A DNA stretch of 38,001 nt from Blastocystis sp. subtype 4 (taxonomy: Eukaryota). The DNA is taken from assembly GCF_000743755.1 (NCBI RefSeq), contig NW_014569476.1, positions 1 through 38,001 of the forward strand, written 5' to 3'. Position 1 is the first letter of the stretch, and every line of letters begins with the position of its first letter. The position numbers and the translations under genes are program-made. Of this stretch, positions 1 to 12,571 are shown piece after piece. The notes below the pieces were generated by a model that worked only from the letters and a program-made list of their open reading frames with translations, searched no databases and was not told the DNA's origin.

Positions 1-77
1 CTAACAAGCGCATTGGTGGATCCATGAGAGCCAGCTGGATGCGTCGTAACACTCTTTCTCTTCGTAGATACCGATAA
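1..77 (+). CDS. RPL15: 60S ribosomal protein L15, 3' end (partial)
   Basis: Frame from nt 3 reads NKRIGGSMRASWMRRNTLSLRRYR*, matching the eL15 C-terminus; TAA at 75-77; TGTTTGTT at 92-99. Confidence 0.92.
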   Translation, partial: NKRIGGSMRASWMRRNTLSLRRYR

Positions 78-91
78 GTCGATCGAGAGTT

Positions 92-99
92 TGTTTGTT
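92..99 (+). terminator. TGTTTGTT polyadenylation motif (RPL15)
   Basis: Exact motif 14 nt after the stop; the same motif follows most genes here. Confidence 0.85.
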
Positions 100-133
100 G
101 CGAATACTGTAGAGAGAAGCCTTGAGGATTCAA

Positions 134-141
134 AACAAATA
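134..141 (-). terminator. TATTTGTT polyadenylation motif variant (TOG gene)
   Basis: 4 nt downstream of a codon-initial T (146). Confidence 0.7.
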
Positions 142-145
142 GTCC

Positions 146-3100
146 AATATTGTAACTTTTTTCGTAACTGTTTCCACCGTTCTACCGGATCCGTAGGGTT
201 TGTAGACGCTGTGGCTGTATGACTCTCTCTCCACTGGAAGAAGTCAACCATCTTCTTATTGGCTCGCAGCGATTCCATAGAGTACAAGGAATCTGTAATG
301 GATACATCATGATTACCTTCGGTTTGTTGTTGCATTACATACAGACACAACTTCACGTCCATTTCAATCAATTTCGGAACGCGTCGCTGCAGTCGTAGTT
401 GGATTTTCTCTGTATCCATAGGCAAAATACAAATCTCCTGAGCAGACTGATTCAGACGAGATTTCACACGTAATAACATTCCGTCCAATGCTTTTAGGAG
501 CGGAGATCCTTCTTTCAAATTCATATGAGAAGCCATAGTAATGACAGCAAGAATAACCGAGGAAGGATGACAACATTCAGCAGTTCTACCATTCATCGCT
601 CTCAAACCCATCTACCGAACAAGGAGACATTGAGCAAATGTCACATGGATCGGACCACATCCCTCTTTGGTACTTCCTTCGTACAGGAGAATGGTAAAGC
701 ACATCTTCATAATACAATACACGCAATCAGCAGTAAGACTCATGACCATCTTCACATGAATGGAATGAACATATCATACCTCTCTCGCCCGACTTTCCGA
801 TGAAAAAACAGACATAATAGTATTCAAAACACTCTGACATTCTCGAATACATTCATTACTACGACCTGAACTAATCAATTTGTTGACAATTTGTGTCATT
901 TTGGATAACCATAAATCGATTCGATTTGTAATGCTATCAAGATCACTCGGAGAAACAGATAGCATTCTTGCGTTCGGAATACCACATTTCTATATCACAT
1001 CTATGGAAAACACATACTGGAAGTAGGAGAAGTGTCAACGTATCACAGACAGTCGCTAGTTCCTGCAAGGAGGAGATAAAGTGAGAATGAGAGAGTCGTG
1101 TGACAAACCGGAGATCATCCTGGACCTCTCGAAGAGTATCCAGGAGATGAGTAACAAAGAGAGATGATGCTACATCAGACGGGACTATACATGATGGAAG
1201 AATTGAAATCAAACGCTTTGGAGGAGGATGAGGTAGAAGCTTTGATTCTTGTTTACTAAGAAGCAAGTCTGAAGGACGGGAAGGAATCCCAACGGAGATA
1301 CGTGATGATGTTGGCCGAGGAGAGGAACGAAAAGGATGAAGTGGTCCTATGGATTCCTCTTCAGAAAGAGAAGGAGAATTGGATGTTTCCTTCTCTGTAA
1401 GGAAGTGTGTGTCATCTGTCATTGCTTCATCCATGGAGGGATTGGATGGATCCATATAAGTTGAAGCTGGGGAAAGAGATGGAGCGAAGGAAGGAACATT
1501 TGGTGAAGCAAATGAAGCAGTTGGTGGTGAAGAGAGTGAAGCGGTTGTTGGTGAAGTGAACGAGGAAGTAACAGGAGCTGGAGCTGGTGGTGGCCGTTGG
1601 ATAGGTTGAGGTCGAGGAATAGAAGATTTCACATTATATTTCGGCAACGGTTTTCCATTAGCTCCCAATTTCGGTTTCACCAACACATTAGCATTCTTTC
1701 GTCGTGCAAGAGCTGCTCTTCCAGATACAATATCCGACTCAGCAGCAGAAGGAGGAACAACAGGAGTGGCTACAATAGGAGTGGTGCAAGTACTGGTAAA
1801 TGCTTCGATCACTGAACGCAATTGTGAAGCATCTGTAGGACTTCGCTTATTCACCACCTGCATAACAGCGCCCACACAACCCTGATTGAGTAGGACTTCT
1901 AATACATCTGTAGCTGCAGTTCGTGATTCTTTAGTCTTATCCAACACGCCATCAAGAACATCAGATATGACTGCTTCCAATGCATGTGGATCACTCAGCG
2001 AAGCGTAATTACGCAGCCATTGTAGTGTGTATTGTCGTCCTTTGGGAGACTTGCAACCAAGAGAGAGATGTGGCAGGAGTGAATTCAACAGAGATGGTTG
2101 AGGAGATCCATTGTGAACAATCCATTTGGTTAATGTCTCGAATCTGCTTATCAGTCTCATATTCATACATACAATGCAGTCACAACTGAGGCCTTGCTAT
2201 CTCCACTGAGCTTCATCAATTCAGGAATTAGAACTACTGTGTATCGTTGAATCCCCAGACCCAGAGCTGAGGCCACACATCCAATGCATTGGATGACTTT
2301 CGTTCGTAGATTCAGATTTGTCTCGAATAAACGATCCTTCAGAGCTACTACCAGCTCAGAAACGCTTGTAGAGTCTATAATAGGCTGTTTCTTTGTAAGG
2401 AGTGTTGTGAGTTGGAGAATAGCTTCTTGACGAATCTTCCAGCTATCCTTCTCTCCTGTAACTCGTAAATCTCGTAAAAGTGGAGTCAACTAACTGATAG
2501 TCCATACTCAAATCTACTTCAGTACTAATATCGGAAGGTTCACGTATTGACAAAATAGATTGGGAGATAGCAGTACCAGGTTCAGATGAAGGAGCAGACT
2601 CCTGAGTAGTTGAAGATGGCTCATATTGAACAGACTCAAGTACAGATCGAATACTCTTCTTTTGCAGATCCGAAAGATCAAATTGATCAAGTACAGAGGT
2701 AATAACAGGACCCAACTACAGATCAACAGAGTGTTTCTGACTCACTTGTCGATACAATTCAAGCAATAAGGAAGTTGCAGCACTCTTTACAGCTGGATTT
2801 GAACTCTGAAATCCTTGTGGTTTCTGGAGATATGTTAGAATCTGCTTAACATCCAGAGAGTTAGCACCAAAGTCCTTGATAAGTGTTTCCATCCACTGAA
2901 GTACAGCCTTCTGCTGCATTGGAATCTTGCTAGATTCCATTCCATTTTGCACACACTCAATGACAGGATAAGGACCGATCTTTTCACACATCGTCGAGAG
3001 AAGATCAAAAATGATTGGCCCGAGTTTTTTATCGTGGATCTATATAGACAATGAAGTAAACATCATACTTTGGGGAGTATTGCAGGAATCACTAGGAGAC

Positions 3101-3646
3101 AACTCCGAGGTCCGATAGCACACAACTTAGAAACTGTCAGAATACATTCAATAGCACTTTTGAGGATATTGATGTTAGATGCCTTCATTTGATTCGCAAA
3201 ACTCATTGCATAAACAACAAATGCTTCGCAATTCACTGAGATTGATGATGCATTTGTTTCGACAAAGCGCGTTATGGATTCAAAAGCCTCCACTTTCTCT
3301 TGCCATTTTGTACTCGTATCAATTGTCTCCAATACCTTAACTCCATTAGGGACAGAAGATATAATCTACACTTCAAAGCAGCATTCCGGTCATTACAACA
3401 TCTGTAGATGTTTCTTTTGTATAGGCAATCGGAAGATCACTTGCAGGTTGAGCTACAACTCGTCGTTTCGGTCCATTGTCTACAACATGATTCTAATAGG
3501 ATTTCTTGCTTACTAGGAGTTGTTTCGTTTGTAGATGCAAGAGATGATTTGGATTCTTTGGATGAAGAGGATGCGTCCTGTTGTCTCATGGCAAACCGTG
3601 CTGGAGGTCTTCGCTTCGGTTTGTCTGAAGAGAAATCGAATTCCAT
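146..3646 (-). CDS. XMAP215/ch-TOG/MOR1-family TOG-domain microtubule-associated protein (multi-exon; stop predicted to be created by polyadenylation)
   Basis: Exons encode TOG3-like (KWQEKVEAF; LQWMETLIKDFG; SSNPAVKSAATSLL) and TOG4-like (DSWKIRQEA; ELVVALKDRL; GDSKASV) segments, a P/S-rich linker and a helical tail ending ERWKQLRKKLQY. ATG at 3646; no in-frame genomic stop to the window edge. Confidence 0.82.
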
Positions 3647-3695
3647 ATCTGTCTTGAGTAACAATGATGATCCCAACAAACACTATCAAAACCAA

Positions 3696-5023
3696 CTATT
3701 GGAAAGACTGATCAAACCATGACCGCAACTTAGAGTAATACTGAACCCATTCTCTGTGCTTCTTTCTGGACATCTTCTTCAGATACATCAGGTAAGACTT
3801 GCAGAAGATACAAGAATGCTTTCCAAATATAGCTTCCCTAGAATATGGACCAATATACGATAGCATAGTCATACTTGTCTCCAAATCATTCTTAATCTCC
3901 AATAGGCTAGAAATCACCCAAGAAGGCAAACAATACGATACAATCAAGATACTCAAGCACATACATGTCACAACTCCAGAGAAGATCACGTTCTTGTTTG
4001 TTGTCCAACTATCTCTCATTCCAATCAACAATATCCTGCTTCAATAGTCCATAAACAGAAGTGCATGAGATAAACACCCAACATGCAATTATCAGTCCTT
4101 CAAAAGCATATGTATTATCGCTATTACCAAAAAAGGTGTACAAAACCCCTCCTTTCCTTGAAACTTTCTAGTTATCAAGAAGGGAATATATTAATTACTT
4201 CAGTATACGGAACTGGTTTTCGAATAATAACATATGGAATGCAGGCCAAACAGAGGAATAAGATGATCAGACAAACACGAAGATACGAACCTCGCCATTG
4301 GAGCAAATGCACCAATCCCTTTCCAGGAATAAAAAGGAATGAAAAGAGAATAACCACAGCACTGACTCCAAGAAGAATAATCTTTTGAGAATCCTCTGTA
4401 ATCGGCATTTTGATCTATACTAAAGAAAGAGACGATGACAAACCTGAAGAGACAATTCCTTATTCATCCAATCACAAATTCGCTTAGGTGAAGTATAATA
4501 ATCATCAGAGCTATAAAGGACCACAGCTTTTCTTGTTCGTTTTGATGATGGAAGCTTTATGATCGCAGCATGCGGTACATACATTACCTTCATCTAGAAA
4601 ATCATCTGAATCAAACAAAATGACATAATCAAACATCTGATCACCATTCTCAAAACGGCAAATAGCGAACAGAAGCTTTAGATCTTTGGACTTTTCAGTT
4701 CTGTAGTATTCATCATGAATTGTAACGATCCCCTTTTCAAGTTCATCACAATTCTGACACCCATATCTAGTTTAATCATATAGCGATATTTCTTACCGTT
4801 TATCCTTTGATGTGAATACAATAACACTCACAAAATCACGTTTCTTGTCAAGAATATTGAGATAATTCTCATTAGTAATCATAAGCACATCTTTCCTCAT
4901 ATCGATATCTTCTATCTACATATCAAACGTAGTACACTCTCCTACCGTCGATTCTTCTACAACCTCACATAAAGACACCTGGAAGATAAGTAGAATGAAC
5001 AAGAGAAGAGATCGGGAGAACAT
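3696..5023 (-). CDS. Oligosaccharyltransferase subunit OST3/OST6 (MagT1/TUSC3 family)
   Basis: Signal peptide MFSRSLLLFILLIFQVSLC; thioredoxin-like YGCQNCDELE (CxxC at 4748-4759); several C-terminal TM helices; TAG at 3696-3698; TGTTTGTT at 3675-3682. Confidence 0.72.
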
Positions 5024-5115
5024 AACAGTTGAGTACAAGACAGAATCAAATTCCAGAATTTGTCCTATTTTCTAAAATATGCTTTTCTCCGATTATCTCA
5101 TTTGTTATTCGCGTA

Positions 5116-6096
5116 ATGAGACCAACGTTGAGTAATTTGTTTAATACAGCTGTTACTCTGATCTATATCAATATCTATTGTTTTCTGTAAGAGGAATGGT
5201 TAGGCCTAGCATTTATAGATACGCATTCTTTTGTCTTTTACGAGGAGAAGGCAGTGTCTTTCGGATTTCGAAGGAAGTAGGAATGATTCTTCTGAACGAA
5301 TCTGTAGGTGACACATATCTTCCACCCTCGTTTTTATGTTGTAAAAGACTCGAAGCCAATTCGTACAGGAAGAACAATGTTCTTTATGAATCATCGGTCT
5401 TATGCAGATTACTTTGTGGATTGCTTTATGACCGGTGGTTCTTCCTATTTATCACGACTTGGTGTCATCTTCTCGTTTCCAGGTCCCTCATATTGTGGCT
5501 ATCTTCTCAATTTCGTTTGGTTCTTCTACAAACGCAAAGGCATCGATCGTAAATGGTTTACACGATTTGTAGCATCAAAATGGAATCATCGGTATGTCCA
5601 GTCTGCCTGAATGATGTATAGAAGTGATAATGGTTGTATTGTTTATCCAGAAGGACATATTTCCAAGCCTTCCTCTCATCCGGTGTTACGAACTGGTGTT
5701 ATGGAAGTAGCATACAATCTTAACTGTCCTTGTCAAATTGTTCTAACAAAAGGCAAAGAAGAGATTATCAATGTGGAGAGTCTGGCTTTTCAGGAGAATG
5801 CCCATCTTAGTGTTTGTGTGTCGGAGGTGTTAATCCCTCGCGATTATAAGACCAAAGAAGAGTGGTTCAGCAAGGTTCAGGAGGTGTGGGAGAGAGTGGC
5901 GGCTTCGTTAGAAGATCGTGAGGGAGAGACTGAGATTATTGCTCCTTTACCAGGTTCTTATGAGTATTATGGATGAAACATAGGTGTGAATACAGATTTG
6001 TGTGTCGATGAGCCTATTTCGGGGAATGCAATGGTATATTCGATCACAGCGTTGATTGCTTTTGCTGCTTTATGTTACTCATTGTACTATATGTAA
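5116..6096 (+). CDS. PlsC/AGPAT-family glycerolipid acyltransferase
   Basis: NHRSYAD (HxxxxD) and VYPEGH motifs; ~30-nt introns; C-terminal hydrophobic helix; TAA at 6094-6096 then TGTTTGTG. Confidence 0.8.
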
Positions 6097-6194
6097 TCCT
6101 CTCTTGTTTGTGGAATGACAATGAGTATTCTGTGATAAAATATCACACAAATAATGAACAACAGTTTCAACAAACAACAATGACCCAAATTCCT

Positions 6195-7971
6195 CTACTT
6201 CTTCTGCATTCCAGATACAATATCATCAATTCTCAATAACATGCAAGCAGATTCAATAGCAGTTTTGATTGTTTGACTCTTCACCTGGAATGTATCCCAG
6301 ATTCCCAACTCACGCATATCAGCAATACATCCCTTCACTCCATCCACACCCAAAAATGCATTCTTTCCTCCACTATGTTCTGCCTATTCCTTAATCTTTC
6401 ATTCTATTCTTACTCGTAATTTGGTGATCACTCGAATCGTATCTGTTCCACAGTTCTGACACAGTGTGCGAGGAATCACTTCCAAAGCTTCTCCTACTGC
6501 ACTAAACGGCAATGCCTCTATTCCTCCTCGGACACGGGCTTCCTCTTTAATTCGACAAGCCAACTCCATCTCAGTTGCACCTCCACCTGGTAACAAACGA
6601 GCATCAAACACCACATTACGAGCCACTTGCATAGCATCCTGGAGATTCCTCTCAATCTCATTCAGAGCATCCTTGCTACCACCTCGGAGCAGAACTGAAC
6701 ATGCCTTCGGATTCTCACATTCTTCAATGAAGGCAAAGTATTCGTCACCTATCTGACGGACTTCAAACAGTCCACATCCTGTACCAACATCACTCTCTAA
6801 CAATTCATCAGGACGATGAACAATTGTTGCTCCCGTAGCCTTTGCCAGACGGTTATTATCACTCTTACGGACACGTCGTAGTGCTGTAATATTGGCTTTC
6901 TGCAAGTAGTGTTGAGCCAAATCTGAGACTCCCTTCTCCGTGATTACCAAATCTGGTTTCACAGCAATAATGCAGTCACACATCTTACGTACTGCTTCTT
7001 CTTCATTCTTCAATGCTTTATCCCAGTTTTCAGCTTCGCTAATTTCCAGATGGGCTACAGACTCTGCTTGTACGTATTCCAACCCACAATCTAAGAGCAC
7101 AATACGAGGCTTCTCAATACGACGACGCATTGAAGGATGAGTTACATCCTTGTTCAGCATCACGCCTCGTAACACACGACTCTCTGTCAATTCTCCTCCT
7201 GGAATCTACAGTCAGATTCCATCCTTGTTCTTACCTTCTCCACACGAACAAATCGTTTCAAATCGACTTCACTTTTTCCTCTTTCATTCTCATCCACAAT
7301 TGTCAGTACACTATCTAATGCAAGACCACACTATGTTTCAGCCACACATTGTAGTCATACAATCAAATCACCAAAACGACTACTGAACTTTGTTCCAATC
7401 GTACTACGAAGTAGACGCATCATGGATTCGCGATCATGAATATCAACAGGAACTGCCAGTTCTTCACACAAATGAAGAGAGAATTCCAAAGCCTGATAGA
7501 AAGCTCGTACGATCACGGTAGGGTGGATATTGCGAGAAAGGAACGGTTCTGCAGATACAAGCAACTCACCAGCTAACACTCATTCCTCATTTCATTTTAT
7601 ACCAAGAATGATCACAGATGTTGTACCATCTCCTACTTCCTCATCCTGAGTTCGAGATAACTCGATCATACTCTTTGCTGCAGGATGAGACACATCGACT
7701 TCTCGGAGAATGCTATTACCGTCATTTGTTAGAAGAATGCCACCCATGGGGTCCAGAAGCATCTTTAACATGGAACGAGGACCAAGAGTAGTACGAATGA
7801 TATCAGCAACAGCCTGAAATGTCATCCATTCTGTTCCACATAGTTTACCTTTGCTGCTTGTATGTTTCCCAATTGCACTCTACGTCCACTTTCACGCTTT
7901 GTATTCTGATCTATTCATTACTCATCGATATTCAAACGTAACCTACTTAATACAAGAACTGGAACTTGCAT
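6195..7971 (-). CDS. CCT3: T-complex protein 1 subunit gamma
   Basis: AVADIIRTTLGPRSMLKMLLDPMGG, GDGTTSV, GVMLNKDVTHPSMRRRIEKPRI, RVRKSDNNRLAKATGA; ends SGMQKK*; TGTTTGTT at 6169-6176. Confidence 0.96.
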
Positions 7972-8028
7972 AAGATATGAGAAAATGAATGAAGACTGGA
8001 ATCACGGGAATAAAGTCAAACGGTTATC

Positions 8029-8036
8029 AACAAACA
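8029..8036 (-). terminator. TGTTTGTT polyadenylation motif (MLH1)
   Basis: TAG-ATT-TGTTTGTT. Confidence 0.85.
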
Positions 8037-8039
8037 AAT

Positions 8040-10350
8040 CTAGCAACGCTCAAAAACACGATACAACCGATCTGTACTCGTGACTAATTGAATAATTCCA
8101 TTGTTCCATAACCGATCTGAAAGAAGGAGTAGTTTTCGCACATTTGGATACAACGTACATTGAATAATACTCTTCCATTCCTCACATTCGATTTCTTGTT
8201 TCTCATCCGGGATAAAACTATAAAATCGTGCAATCTCCCTCGCAATTCCCTCTAAACAACGACTTTCCTCAGAATAATTAACTTCAGTAGCCAGTCGATA
8301 GAGAAAGATAGGAAGATAGGCATAATTGGGTTGATACTCCGTAAGTAACATTGGAAGGGTTTGAAGGAACAGTTTCTCTTCTTTCTCAACGAATTTGATC
8401 GCAAAATAATCATCTAACATGCAAGCAAAACTCTTCAAGGTATCAAGTTCCTTCTTCAATGAAACACCCTTCTGCTCAGCCACCTCTCCAATTAAATCCG
8501 TCACACATAACGAGTCGGTAAATGTAATAGGATAGAAACAGCCGAAGTGAAAGAGAGTAGTCTGATAAAAGAGTTCCTCACTATCCATAATCATATCCCA
8601 ACTCACATACAGAATCTCCCTTGTTCGCAACAGTATCAGTCTTGTATCGAATTGGATGAGAGAGAATGTGCATCCTTTCACACAGCTGATAAAGACACTC
8701 TTTTGTAATAAATCCTTCTCATGCGAACATTGCTTGTTTCCTTGCTCAATTCCTTCTCGCAGATGAATGATACTTCCAAGTCGGAGATCCTCTCGACTCT
8801 CCTTGTATGGTGTCTCTACATAGACTCCTGATAGTAAGGCTTGAGTGAGAGTCATAGAAGTAGATACTCCTGATGAACGATTCTTCTGAACCGCAGGCGA
8901 ATCCAGATCCAACATGTCAGCTTGGGAACCTTGTGTTTGTGCATAGATCAACGATGGTGAAGGGTTCTCTTGTGAAGGAAGTGACAACGAGCTTGGTGTG
9001 GTCTGAATCGAACTCTGAGAGGTTGACTGGAAGTTCAACGTTCGTTGTGCGTAATCCACTCGCACCTTCTTACTGGGACCAATAGATCCTGGAGAAGATC
9101 GAACAATTGGTTCCACCGAAGAAGATGGGAGTTTCTTACTGGGAGTTACATTTCCAACAACTTGAGTGTTTACAATTCGTTCGATTCCTGCGTCTACTAC
9201 TTCTACAATTCGTCGAATAACATAATCCTCATCCAGAAAACAAATTTCGCGCTTATTCGGATGAACATTTACATCAACCAGATGAGCGTCAATTGTCAAC
9301 GCCACATAACAAAATAAGCTTTGATTCCTTGATTTGCTATTTGTATCCGAACAGTAATAATATTGTTCTAACACTCGCCATATTCCTTGTTTGATTCGCG
9401 AGTTGTGGATATATCGATCATTCACAAATAGCACAAAAGAGAGAGTTGAATTGATTGTTATGGGAGATTTGGCCGACAGAACAATGGTTCCAGCAAACGG
9501 ACATTCTACCCCAGGTTCTTGCTCAATCTGCAGTTCATGGAGTGTAGGCCGAATACCAGATCCTAAAACATTCACAATGCTATCAACAAGCGTAGTCGAA
9601 CGGATTGATTTAAAAAGAACTTTATTTGGCACCTATCTATCAAATATCCTTCGAATAACCACCTCCTTCAATGAAAACGAGACTCCTTTGTGGGCATAAT
9701 GCATACTAAACACTTGCATCAAAACAAGAATGAATTTCGTTTCTTCACTACTGCTCTGGTTGTAGACACGTTGCCGCATCGGAATATTGTAAAAGAGGTC
9801 TTCCACCGTTATGGTAGTTCCCTTTGTCGATGCCGTCGCCTCGATTCGATTATCAACAATAGCGTTATTGCAATACCGGGCTCTTAGGATAATTTCGTCA
9901 ACCAAAAACTACTTCCAACCGCAAACATCCGATTCCTTCTTTGTTACTACTAACACTCTACTAACAGTACTGATAGATGCAAGAGCCTCTCCACGAAACC
10001 CAAAGGTGTGAATCGAATTCAGATCATCGAGTTGACGTAGTTTACTTGTTGTGTAACGTTCACACAACAATGGCAAATCGTCCTTCTACAACTGAATTCG
10101 ATTTCAATCACAGTACCATAATTCCATCTCCGTTATCTTGGATTTGCATTAACTTCGTCCCACCTTTTGCTAACAATACAGCAATTGTTGTTGCATGAGC
10201 ATCAATACTATTCTCCATCATCTCCTTTAGTGCCGCCCCAGGTCGTTGAACAACTTCTCCTGCTGCAATTCTGTTCACAACATCCTCGCTTAACCGCTGA
10301 ATGCGACGACTATTCCTAATAATCCTTCTCTATTAATACCTCTCTGGCAT
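8040..10350 (-). CDS. MLH1: DNA mismatch repair protein MLH1
   Basis: N-terminal [22 protein letters not shown] and GFRGEAL (GHKL ATPase); [12 protein letters not shown]; diagnostic C-terminus LYRVFERC*. Confidence 0.96.
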
Positions 10351-11304
10351 CTAAATTGTTAGCTCCCAGAACTTGCAATATACTGCAGCTGAGATTTGAG
10401 CGCGATTACAGAACGTAACAACCACGGGAATTTGTTATCTTGTTTCCCTCCAAGAGTATCAACCAAAATTGATACTAGGATCAACGTATATAGCTCTACC
10501 ATTCTATTTTACTATTCTGCTCGTTTGAAAACATCTGTACGGATCTCCCTCAGTTGAGTGTTTTTTGATTGTTATGAACGAATAACTTCATTATATGATA
10601 GGTACACTAGAGTGGAATAGTGTCTGTCCAGGACTATTTCTCACTTCCAACTTGCGTTAAATCCTAAAGATATTGCCTTTATCCTACAGAAATCATGAAG
10701 ATGGAAGAAGTCATCGTTATCGTTAATAGTGATTTGGACTTATAGTAATCAATCATTCCAATTTTATAATTGTTCAGTGGTACTGTATGACCAATCAGGT
10801 TGATGAGACACACGAATGCTAGTTTTAGTTTAATAATAACTGTATTGCGCTGAAACTCTTGTTTGATGGATACAATGAAAAGCTCTACTACATCTAGCCT
10901 TTATCCATTCGGTTGTGGTAAAGATTTGAACACTAGTATTAGTGGAGCCACCTATTGTAGTAACTTGCAGTGGAAGAGATACGTGCTGAATATGAACGAG
11001 TGCAAGGGGTTTTTTCCGCCTTCCCCCACTTGTCCCGTTGAAACTAGTTGTAGCCAGTTTGTATTGGAATTATGAATTATCAGTAGGCCACCTGTTATAA
11101 AGGTTGCATTATCCCCATTAGCAAAGAAATCTAGTTGCTGTGTTCCAACTGCCCGATGGATCCCACGAAAGAAAGGAGAGAAAGGCCGCTCACGGGGACG
11201 CATTAAAGTTGGAAGATACATTTATCATGCTGTGGTTGTTCCACAACCAAAGTACTGGTCTCATATCTAATCGCTTTTCTTTATGATAAACAAGGATACA
11301 CACA

Positions 11305-12343
<1,039 letters not shown>

Positions 12344-12571
12344 GTTGAGTAAATCCAATCACGTATCTACAAACAAATTAGAAATGTCCCCACCAATGTC
12401 ACAAACGAAAGTGTATTTCCTCCCCCCATAAGGACAACATATCTTACATAAAACACTGATACCAAAGGAAATGTTAGAACAACACAACTCTGGCCTCTCT
12501 ACTTGTTTAAGACAATTCTACAATGGCCGAAACGCCGGTTTCCGAAACAAACAGACAAGACATTTGAATAG

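Noticed and set aside
11165..11280. GAAAGGAGAG resembling the U6atac AAGGAGA box
   Set aside because: Spacing to an AGC/GGC triad and the internal stem-loop do not fit; an Rfam scan would settle it.
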